DNA of 64,000 nt from an uncultured Gammaproteobacteria bacterium (GTDB lineage Bacteria; Patescibacteriota; Patescibacteriia; UBA9934): assembly GCA_964452565.1 (NCBI GenBank), contig CAYVLY010000001.1:14638-78637 (forward strand), read 5' to 3'. The notes beneath the pieces were generated by a model, which did no database searches, had not been told where the DNA came from, and was given only the letters and a program-made list of their open reading frames with translations. Each line of letters opens with the position of its first letter. The first letter of the stretch is position 1. This document shows, piece by piece, positions 10,325-17,793 of this stretch. The translations under genes and the position numbers were made by a program.

Positions 10325-11380
10325 ATGAGTGAGAGCAAGTCGGGCGCTCAGCCCATGGTCTCAGTCCCAGAGTGGTGGTTCCACCGTAATATCATGGTGA
10401 TTCCAGTCATCATCCTTGCCCTCTGCATCCTTTTGGTCGTTGTGATGGCTGGTATGTTTGCAGCGTGGCCAGAAGCGATAGATTCTGAGGGTGGCAGGCT
10501 AGCTATCATCTGGGGTGTCACAATCCTAGCAGTTGCAGGTATCTTGACTGCCTTTCTGGGTTTCCATAGGAGATACTGGCAAAGGCGCGAGGCAGCGATC
10601 GTGGCCAACTATGATCTGCAGATCGCAGAGCTGCGGGGGGAGTTGAGGGAATTTGATCAGACCAGGCAGAAGCTCGGGAAGGCGCGCGAGGCCTTGCGCG
10701 GCGCTCAGAAGGAGCATAACGAGCTTTGGAAGTGCATCAAGTTGCTGTTCGAGCGATCAGTAGACTTCCAGGACTTCACCCGCTGGCTGCTCGATGATCC
10801 TGAGCTGCTTGACAAGCTCTGCCAGCGAGTAGGTTCTGCCAATGTATCCGGGTTTGCTGAGATGCTCGAGCAGGCGCATGAGAGCTTCAAGCCTGATCGG
10901 GAGGAGTGGCGGCTGCGCAAGTCACGGGAAGAGCAAGAGCTGGATCGCAAGCGTAGACGGTCGCACGTATGGATGCGCCGACTCATGCACCAGATTTTCT
11001 GGGCAGCCGGACAGCTGGAAAACATGAACCGTGCATCCCCAGAACTTCTTAGGGCGGTACGGCGCGTTCAGGATGAGCTCGTGCTCAAGGTACTCGAGGC
11101 GCTCGCTGACGTGATCCATGTCCACCGCGAGCTCAACGGGCTTCACGAAGCTCACATCGACAGCGGCGACGCCTGGCCCACTGACCTGCCACAAGAGGGT
11201 GTCCAGTACGTGCTGGCAGCTGGGCACAACGACACCGAGGATCTCCGCTGTATCTTGCGGGGTCTACAGGATCACAGAGCCGGCGATTTGGAGGCTCATA
11301 TGGCTGGCATGCCCGAAGATGTCCGCTGGTACCTCATGAAGGTGCTGCTCGGAACGACCGGGCCTGAAATTCCAGAATAG
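10325..11380 (+). CDS. Hypothetical two-TM membrane protein with long coiled-coil/charged C-terminal region, in a ~60% GC island
   Basis: Start chosen at ATG 10325 (GGAGAGGAG 5-13 nt upstream); the ORF track starts at 10181. Two hydrophobic helices (IMVIPVIILALCILLVVVMAGMF; LAIIWGVTILAVAGILTAFLGF) then an R/E-rich helical region. Terminator hairpin at 11403-11431. Confidence 0.5.
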   Translation: MSESKSGAQPMVSVPEWWFHRNIMVIPVIILALCILLVVVMAGMFAAWPEAIDSEGGRLAIIWGVTILAVAGILTAFLGFHRRYWQRREAAIVANYDLQIAELRGELREFDQTRQKLGKAREALRGAQKEHNELWKCIKLLFERSVDFQDFTRWLLDDPELLDKLCQRVGSANVSGFAEMLEQAHESFKPDREEWRLRKSREEQELDRKRRRSHVWMRRLMHQIFWAAGQLENMNRASPELLRAVRRVQDELVLKVLEALADVIHVHRELNGLHEAHIDSGDAWPTDLPQEGVQYVLAAGHNDTEDLRCILRGLQDHRAGDLEAHMAGMPEDVRWYLMKVLLGTTGPEIPE

Positions 11381-11436
11381 CTCGCCTCAAAGGCGATTCG
11401 TACAGCCTGCCCCTTGCGGCAGGCTTTTGGCTTAAA

Positions 11437-11474
11437 ACAAAAAACCGCAGTTCAATAGAATCGCGGTTTTTTGA
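11437..11474. terminator. Bidirectional terminator hairpin
   Basis: aaaaccgc-14 nt loop-gcggtttttt. Serves the minus-strand RRM gene (T-run on the reverse strand) and possibly + strand transcripts. Confidence 0.6.
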
Positions 11475-11480
11475 TGAGGA

Positions 11481-11735
11481 CTAGTCCTCCTTAGGTCGCG
11501 CAACGTTTACTGAGATTGGACGACCCATGAAATCCTTGTCGTTCAAAGCCTCAATAGCAGCTTGTGCTTCCTCAGCTGTGCCCATTTCTACAAAACCGAA
11601 TCCTCGGCTTTTGTTTGTGAATTTGTCCATCACAATTCGGGCTGAAGTAACTTCTCCGAACTCTGCGAAAAGGTTCTTAAGATCCTCATCGCTAGCATCC
11701 CAAGAGATGTTACCTACAAATAGCTTGTTTTCCAT
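11481..11735 (-). CDS. RRM-type RNA-binding protein (glycine-poor, single RRM)
   Basis: RNP-2 LFVGNI and RNP-1 RGFGFVEM in an 84-aa protein. Confidence 0.9.
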   Translation of the reverse strand: MENKLFVGNISWDASDEDLKNLFAEFGEVTSARIVMDKFTNKSRGFGFVEMGTAEEAQAAIEALNDKDFMGRPISVNVARPKED

Positions 11736-11864
11736 AAAGGGAAAGTAGCTTAGTTGTCATCCTATGATGACTGTGAATTAACGTTCTGAGCCAATTACCT
11801 TTTAGGGAAAACGGGCCAGGACACGGAAAGAATAGCATAATGTTAGCAAAATGTCAATGGGGGA

Positions 11865-11978
11865 GCAGAACCCAGAATGCAGAACCCAGAATACAGTCTA
11901 GTTATGCTGCGTTCTGCTTTCTGCGTTCCAGCCGACGCTACTTCGTAGCTATGGCCGGCAGGCTGTATTCTGCGTTAT
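11865..11978. repeat. Palindromic repeat element, family A (cagaacccaga units in an imperfect inverted arrangement)
   Basis: cagaacccagaatgcagaacccagaatacag ... ctgcgttctgctttctgcgttc ... ctgtattctgcg. Related copies at 30376-30392, 32041-32134, 32690-32782 and 48041-48068. Confidence 0.7.
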
Positions 11979-11989
11979 AATCACAACAT

Positions 11990-12295
11990 ATGAAAAAACA
12001 TCCTATTTTAATTGGGCTATTGCAGGCCCTTGGCGTGGCTGGTTATGTGGCCATTATTAGTGTAGTTCTTTACGGACTTGAAAATATCTCAGCAGAACCG
12101 CCATTATATCTTTCAATGGTTACTATACTATTGCTGTTGGTTTTTTCAGCAGCTGTAACTGGGTCATTAATCTTTGCATATCCCGCAGTGCTTGCAATGA
12201 ATAAGAAGGTCAAAGCCGCACTTCAGGTGCTTGGGAGCACTCTTGCTTGGTTGGTGGTATTTCTGATCATATTCTTGCTCATCGTTTTGATTTAA
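11990..12295 (+). CDS. Small integral membrane protein (3 TM), hypothetical
   Basis: 101 aa, three hydrophobic helices. Immediately upstream of the ZIP transporter. Confidence 0.5.
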   Translation: MKKHPILIGLLQALGVAGYVAIISVVLYGLENISAEPPLYLSMVTILLLLVFSAAVTGSLIFAYPAVLAMNKKVKAALQVLGSTLAWLVVFLIIFLLIVLI

Positions 12296-12299
12296 CATT

Positions 12300-13100
12300 A
12301 TGACATTGCTGTACATAATTATTGCGACAGTTGCAGTTAGTTTAATTTCATTCATTGGAGCTTTGACATTGAGCTTCTCAAAAAAGGTTCTTGAGAAGAT
12401 AATCTTGATCCTTGTTGCCCTTGCTGCTGGAGGATTGCTAGGAGGCGCGTTTTTGCATCTGATTCCAGAGGCGCTTCATGAGTTCTCAGAAAGTCGTGGT
12501 CATGAGGCATCATCGATGATATTTTTATTTGTACTAATCGGCTTTTGTCTCTTTTTACTAACTGAGCAGTTCCTACATTGGCATCACGGGCATCATGGTG
12601 AGCATTGCTGTGGAGATGGGTGTGATAAACGTGCCAAAAAAGAACTGTCAACATTGATTTTATTTGGTGATGGAATTCATAATCTTATCGATGGATTAGT
12701 GATCGGAGCGGCATTCATGGTTAATATCGAAACCGGAATCATCGCAACCATCGCTGTAGCGCTTCATGAGATTCCACAGGAGATTGGAGACTTTGGTGTA
12801 TTGGTTTATAGCGGGTTGAAGCGCGCAAAGGCACTTATGTTTAACTTTCTGTCCGGACTTACTGCAGTGCTTGGTGGTGTGATCGGCTTTTTCTTTGCAC
12901 AAGCGTCAGAGGGTATTGCGCTCTACATTATTCCGATCGCTGCGGGCGGCTTTATTTACTTGGCAGCGTCTGATCTTATTCCAGAGATTAAACATGGCGA
13001 AAGTCTTAAGCGTATGGCAGTGCACTTTGGAGTTATGCTTCTGGGAATAGCGGTTATGTATTTATTACTTCACATTCCTTTTTTAGAGCATTCACATTAA
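12300..13100 (+). CDS. zupT: ZIP-family divalent metal transporter (ZupT-like)
   Basis: ZIP signature HEIPQEIGDFGVLV. His-rich loop HWHHGHHGEHCCGDGC. Eight predicted TM helices. Confidence 0.85.
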   Translation: MTLLYIIIATVAVSLISFIGALTLSFSKKVLEKIILILVALAAGGLLGGAFLHLIPEALHEFSESRGHEASSMIFLFVLIGFCLFLLTEQFLHWHHGHHGEHCCGDGCDKRAKKELSTLILFGDGIHNLIDGLVIGAAFMVNIETGIIATIAVALHEIPQEIGDFGVLVYSGLKRAKALMFNFLSGLTAVLGGVIGFFFAQASEGIALYIIPIAAGGFIYLAASDLIPEIKHGESLKRMAVHFGVMLLGIAVMYLLLHIPFLEHSH

Positions 13101-13107
13101 ATGAAAT

Positions 13108-13143
13108 AAAAAACACCCGTGAGATAATCGCGGGTGTTTTTTT
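13108..13143. terminator. Bidirectional terminator between convergent genes
   Basis: acacccg-tgagataatcg-cgggtgt flanked by A-run and T-run. Confidence 0.7.
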
Positions 13144-13147
13144 GACC

Positions 13148-13621
13148 TTATTTAACAGTTGAGTATTCAGCTACAAGCTCAAATCCGAGATCATCTGAAG
13201 TTAGAACCAGCATATCATCGACTAGTTCGTATTCATATTCAATGGTCTCAAACCCAGCAACAATGTCACAGTTATGCTCAGTTATCGTCATTGTCATAAG
13301 AGCACCTTCCACAAAAAGAGTACCTGAGTTAGTACAATCTCCTGATACACTTGTGAAAGCTCCATCTTCCAAAGTTAGCATTGCTTCTGACTCATCAAAT
13401 AGGTCGCCATTAGCATATGTTGCAACCTTTTCCCAGGTTCCATAGTAGTCTTCTGCATCTGCGATAGCATCTTCCTCAGCTTCGATTTCGACTTCTACCT
13501 CTGTAGTCGTTGTGTCTCCAACTTCAACATCTTCAGAAGTATCTACATCTGCAACTGGACCACATCCAGCTAGAGTTAGAGCGAAAATCGCAAAGAGTCC
13601 GAATAATTTAAGTGAACGCAT
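13148..13621 (-). CDS. Putative lipoprotein, acidic, function unknown
   Basis: Signal peptide with lipobox LTLAGC. D/E-rich mature protein. Confidence 0.6.
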   Translation of the reverse strand: MRSLKLFGLFAIFALTLAGCGPVADVDTSEDVEVGDTTTTEVEVEIEAEEDAIADAEDYYGTWEKVATYANGDLFDESEAMLTLEDGAFTSVSGDCTNSGTLFVEGALMTMTITEHNCDIVAGFETIEYEYELVDDMLVLTSDDLGFELVAEYSTVK

Positions 13622-13761
13622 ATAGTTTGTTATGAATAATCATCATAAGTTTATCAGTTGTTTTTAGATCTTGCCAGATTGATTGGTAAAACGATTTAGT
13701 TATCCACGTTTTGCCGCGAAGAAAAGACAAGAACTGATATAATAAAAACAAATAAATACAT

Positions 13762-14130
13762 ATGGCAAAGAACAAAAAAATTCTCATCGTGGAGGACGAG
13801 AAGTCTATTGCAAATGCTCTCAAGTTGAAACTTGAGAACTCTGGCTATGAGTCAGATATTGCGCTAAATGGCAGGGAGGCACTCGAGATGCTCGAGGGCA
13901 ACGGCTATTCATTGGTTCTCCTTGACCTGGTCATGCCAGTCATGGATGGCTTTGGTGTATTGGAGGAAATGAAAAAAAAGGGGATCACAACTCCTGTGCT
14001 CATCTCTACTAACTTGAGCCAAGAGGAAGACGAAAAGCGTGCAAAAGAGCTTGGTGCAAAAGACTTTTTCGTAAAGTCTGATACGCCGATTACGGAAGTA
14101 ATAAATCAAGTAGATAAGTACTTAGACTAA
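13762..14130 (+). CDS. Stand-alone response-regulator receiver domain (CheY-like)
   Basis: ILIVEDE ... LVLLDLVMPVMDG ... KDFFVK. Paralog of 22555..22929. First gene of the T4P cluster. Confidence 0.8.
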   Translation: MAKNKKILIVEDEKSIANALKLKLENSGYESDIALNGREALEMLEGNGYSLVLLDLVMPVMDGFGVLEEMKKKGITTPVLISTNLSQEEDEKRAKELGAKDFFVKSDTPITEVINQVDKYLD

Positions 14131-14133
14131 TGC

Positions 14134-15885
14134 ATGGTTGAGGAGGGTAAGATTTTAGAGCTTCTTGTTGCCCAGCACTATGTATCAAAAGAAGATGTAG
14201 AAAGTGCTAAGCGTGCAGCAGCAACTGGTCAAATGAGTGAGCTGGAGTTTTTGCTTTCCCAGAATATTGTTACCAAGGATCTTGTCGGTCAAGCAATTGC
14301 AGAAAATTATAAGGTGATGTATGCGGACCTTAATACATATATTCCAACAAAGGATCAGGTTTTGAAGATACCACTTATAGTTGCACAAAAGTATCGCACT
14401 GTTTTGTTTAGCGCAGACGGCAAGGGAACTATTGTTACAACAGATGATCCAACACAAACAGGTCTTTTGCCTGCAGTTCAAAAAGCGCTAGGTGTTAAGG
14501 ATGTAAAGATCGCATTTTCACTCCCAGATGATATTGATCAGGTAATGCTCTACTATAAGAAGCCATTGAAAGAGCGGTTAGATAATATCATCGAGACCCA
14601 CGATAAGATTACACCAGATATTGTGACTGAAATTCTGGATGAAGCAGTTGTGTTAAGGGCTTCTGATATTCACTTTGAGCCACAAGAAAAGCAGGTGTTA
14701 ATTAGATATCGTATTGATGGTGTGATGCAAATAGTAGCAACACTTAAGAAAGATCAATACATGAATGTAGTGAATCGCGTTAAGGTAATGTCTCATCTTC
14801 GCACTGATCAGCATTTAGCAGCACAGGATGGCGCGATTCGATATAAAACACCAAAAGAGACTGTTGATATTCGTGTCTCAATTGTTCCGATTTTTGATGG
14901 TGAAAAGGTTGTGATGCGACTGCTCTCTGCTTATGCACGTAGCTTTGCATTGAGTGATTTAGGGCTGCAGCCCAAAGATGAGAAGATGATCGTTGCTGAG
15001 TCAAAAAAGCCGTTTGGGATGATTCTTGTAGCCGGCCCTACTGGATCTGGAAAAACAACAACACTTTATGGTGTTTTAAAGCTTTTAAATAGGCCTGAGG
15101 TAAATATTGCAACCATTGAGGATCCAGTTGAGTACAAAATCCAGGGAGTGAACCACATTCAGGTTAATATTCAAACTGAACTAACATTTGCACGTGGATT
15201 GCGCTCAATTGTTCGTCAAGATCCAGATGTTATTCTTGTTGGAGAGATTCGCGATGTAGAGACTGCAGAGATATCAGTTAACGCAGCATTAACTGGGCAC
15301 CTTCTCCTATCAACATTCCATGCAAACGATGCTGCAACATCGATTCCGCGGCTTTTGGATATGAATATTGAGCCGTTCCTGCTTTCATCAACATTGCAGG
15401 CGATTTTGGCTCAGCGACTTGTGCGAAAGATTTGTGATCATTGTCGACACTCAGAGGTTGTTTTAAATGCTGAACTTAAGAGTCGATCTGCTGTTGCAGC
15501 TCAATTTTTTGGCGCAAAAGCAACGCTTTATAAAGGTAAGGGATGTGTGAGTTGTGCAGATACTGGGTATAAGGGTCGAGTGGGAATATTTGAGTTGATC
15601 AGAATGACATCTGAGATGCAGGAGTTAATCATGACAAACCCAACCTCGCAGGATGTATGGAAGTTAGCTATGAGCCAAGGTGCAAGTTCAATGTTTGAAG
15701 ATGGGATTCAAAAAGTTAAAGAAGGATTAACAACGATCGAAGAACTGGAGCGTGTTGTTGCGCCTCCAATTTATTTACGTTATGGCAAAGCCCAAGGGCA
15801 AAATCAAAAAGCCGTTGCCCAAGCCCCAAGTAAAGAAGCCGGTCAAGGAATTGAAAAAAACAAAGCAGAAGCAGAGAAAGCGTAG
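14134..15885 (+). CDS. pilB: Type IV pilus assembly ATPase PilB (GspE family)
   Basis: N-terminal GspII_E_N-like domain, Walker A GPTGSGKTTT, Asp/His boxes, tetracysteine CDHC...CVSC. A ~45-aa low-complexity C-terminal tail (KAQGQNQKAVAQAPSKEAGQ...) extends beyond the usual ...ELERVV end. Confidence 0.9.
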   Translation: MVEEGKILELLVAQHYVSKEDVESAKRAAATGQMSELEFLLSQNIVTKDLVGQAIAENYKVMYADLNTYIPTKDQVLKIPLIVAQKYRTVLFSADGKGTIVTTDDPTQTGLLPAVQKALGVKDVKIAFSLPDDIDQVMLYYKKPLKERLDNIIETHDKITPDIVTEILDEAVVLRASDIHFEPQEKQVLIRYRIDGVMQIVATLKKDQYMNVVNRVKVMSHLRTDQHLAAQDGAIRYKTPKETVDIRVSIVPIFDGEKVVMRLLSAYARSFALSDLGLQPKDEKMIVAESKKPFGMILVAGPTGSGKTTTLYGVLKLLNRPEVNIATIEDPVEYKIQGVNHIQVNIQTELTFARGLRSIVRQDPDVILVGEIRDVETAEISVNAALTGHLLLSTFHANDAATSIPRLLDMNIEPFLLSSTLQAILAQRLVRKICDHCRHSEVVLNAELKSRSAVAAQFFGAKATLYKGKGCVSCADTGYKGRVGIFELIRMTSEMQELIMTNPTSQDVWKLAMSQGASSMFEDGIQKVKEGLTTIEELERVVAPPIYLRYGKAQGQNQKAVAQAPSKEAGQGIEKNKAEAEKA

Positions 15886-15961
15886 AAAGGGTCCGCACAT
15901 TCCTTGGTACAAAAAACTGACCGCAATCTCGTTTGGTGGTGGAGCGCAAAAAGAGTATGTC

Positions 15962-17353
15962 ATGGAAGATTTGGCAATGCTTGTTGATGCTGGAATGGAT
16001 GCGTCCACTGCTTTGACTGCGATTGAAAAGGATGTTCGCGCACCATGGATGAAGTATTTATTGATGCGTGCGCAGTATCATATTGAAGCCGGATCTCCGA
16101 TCTGGGACGCATTTGCTAAAACAAAATTTGCAGCACCGCACATTGTAGCGCTCATAAGAATTGGTGAAGCTGCTGGAAGGTTGCCAGACAATCTAAGAAC
16201 TGTAGTGCTCCAACAGCAGAAGGAGCGGATCTTTAGATCAAAGATTCAGGCTGCAATGACATATCCTGTCTTTGTTCTTGGACTAACAGTGATTGTTGGA
16301 CTCGGAGTTGCCTGGTTTATCTTGCCACGTTTAGCAACTGTGTTTGGGTCGCTTGATATGGATCTACCGCTTGTAACAGAGATATTGATGGCGCTTGGTG
16401 CTTTCCTTCAAGAATATGGTTCATACGCAGTTCCAATTGCAGTGGTCATTTTCATTTTTTTAATGTGGGTTATTTTTGCTGCACCAAAAACAAAAGTAAT
16501 CGGCCAGTGGATGCTTTTCGCCATGCCTGGAGTAAGAAAGTTGATTCGTGAGGTTGAGGTTTCTCGCTTAGGGTTTGTTACAGGAACACTTTTGCAGTCT
16601 GGCTTACCAATTGTTGAGGCAATTAATGCACTTGAGAAGGCGGCAATATTCCATAGGTATAAAAAGTTTTATCAATTTTTAGGTGAGAAAGTCGAAGAAG
16701 GGGGTACGTTTGCTGAGGCGTTTAAAGAAAAGAAGCGATCATATGTGATGATACCATCATCAATCCAGCAGATGATTGTAACTGCAGAACAATCAGGTCA
16801 TTTGCCAGATGTATTACTCCAAATCGGAAAAACATTTGAAGAAAAAATTGACACTACAACAAAGAATCTTTCAGTTATTCTTGAACCGATCCTATTGGTT
16901 ATTGTGTGGCTTGGTGTTGTTGCAGTTGCAATGGCGATCATCCTACCGATTTATAGTTTGGTTGGAGGGCTTACTGCAGCATCAACTCCAGGTATTGAGA
17001 TTCAAGAGGAGGAAGTTGTAGAGGTTGAACTTTCGCTTGAGGATGTTTTAGCAACAGTTGGAGATGTAGTAGAAGATTCTTTTGGACCAGAGCAGCCGTT
17101 GGGACCAGAGCAGCAAGAGCAAAATCCAGTTATTGTGATTAGTTCGCCAACTGGTGTAGTAAATGTGCGCGTTGGGCGAGGCACTGATAACGAAATTCTT
17201 TTTCAAGCAATAAATGGATGGAGGTATGAGGTCATTGGCGAGGATAATGGCTGGTATGAAATCGAACTTAGTGATGAAACCGGAGAGATTGGATGGGTTG
17301 CAATAGAATACGTTGAGCTGTATGAACCAGAAGAAAATCCAGACGAAGATTAG
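15962..17353 (+). CDS. pilC: Type IV pilus platform protein PilC (GspF) with C-terminal acidic linker + SH3b (SH3_3) domain
   Basis: Two GspF repeats and three TM helices. After the last TM: an acidic linker, then VVISSPTGVVNVRVGRGTDNEILFQAINGWRYEVIGEDNGWYEIELSDETGEIGWVAIEYVEL, a clear bacterial SH3 pattern. Start uncertain: ATG 15962, or GTG 15752/ATG 15782 overlapping the pilB 3' end by >100 nt. Confidence 0.8.
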   Translation: MEDLAMLVDAGMDASTALTAIEKDVRAPWMKYLLMRAQYHIEAGSPIWDAFAKTKFAAPHIVALIRIGEAAGRLPDNLRTVVLQQQKERIFRSKIQAAMTYPVFVLGLTVIVGLGVAWFILPRLATVFGSLDMDLPLVTEILMALGAFLQEYGSYAVPIAVVIFIFLMWVIFAAPKTKVIGQWMLFAMPGVRKLIREVEVSRLGFVTGTLLQSGLPIVEAINALEKAAIFHRYKKFYQFLGEKVEEGGTFAEAFKEKKRSYVMIPSSIQQMIVTAEQSGHLPDVLLQIGKTFEEKIDTTTKNLSVILEPILLVIVWLGVVAVAMAIILPIYSLVGGLTAASTPGIEIQEEEVVEVELSLEDVLATVGDVVEDSFGPEQPLGPEQQEQNPVIVISSPTGVVNVRVGRGTDNEILFQAINGWRYEVIGEDNGWYEIELSDETGEIGWVAIEYVELYEPEENPDED

Positions 17354-17792
17354 TAAAAAGCAACTCTCAGGATTCACACTTCCTGAGTTGCTTTTATCAG
17401 TGGCGCTTTTAGGCATGCTTGTGGCATTGTCAATTCCTGTTTTTTATTCTGTGCAAGTTCAGGATGATCTTTCTGTTGCAGTTGCGCAAACTGGTCAGTC
17501 TTGGCGGCGCGCGCAAACATTGTCGATTGCATCAAAAGATGATGAGACTTGGGGAGTGTATGTTCAGACCGGAAGCATTACTCTGTTCCAGGGCGCAAGT
17601 TATGCAGCGCGCGATGCAGACTATGATGAGGTTTTTGATATTGCGGATTCGATTAGCGCGAGCGGGCCGACTGAGATTGTGTTTGATCAGATGACAGGAG
17701 ATCCAGATACAACAGGAACGTTAACGTTTACAGGTATGAATGCGCAGGAGTTTACAGTTTCGATTAATTCAAAAGGCATGGTTGAGTACTAA
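17313..17792 (+). CDS. Prepilin-type (type IV pilin-like) minor pilin/pseudopilin
   Basis: Class III signal ...KKQLSGFTLPELLLSVALLGMLVA (G|FTLPE, E at +5). Overlaps the pilC 3' end by ~40 nt; ATG 17322 is an alternative start. Confidence 0.7.
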   Translation: MSCMNQKKIQTKISKKQLSGFTLPELLLSVALLGMLVALSIPVFYSVQVQDDLSVAVAQTGQSWRRAQTLSIASKDDETWGVYVQTGSITLFQGASYAARDADYDEVFDIADSISASGPTEIVFDQMTGDPDTTGTLTFTGMNAQEFTVSINSKGMVEY

Positions 17793-17793
17793 T

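Noticed and set aside
15752-15961. Longer PilC N-terminus (GTG 15752 or ATG 15782) overlapping the pilB 3' end
   Set aside because: Not adopted as the primary call because it needs a >100-nt same-strand overlap and lacks an SD. It is left as an alternative, because a PilC starting at 15962 has an unusually short region before the first GspF repeat.
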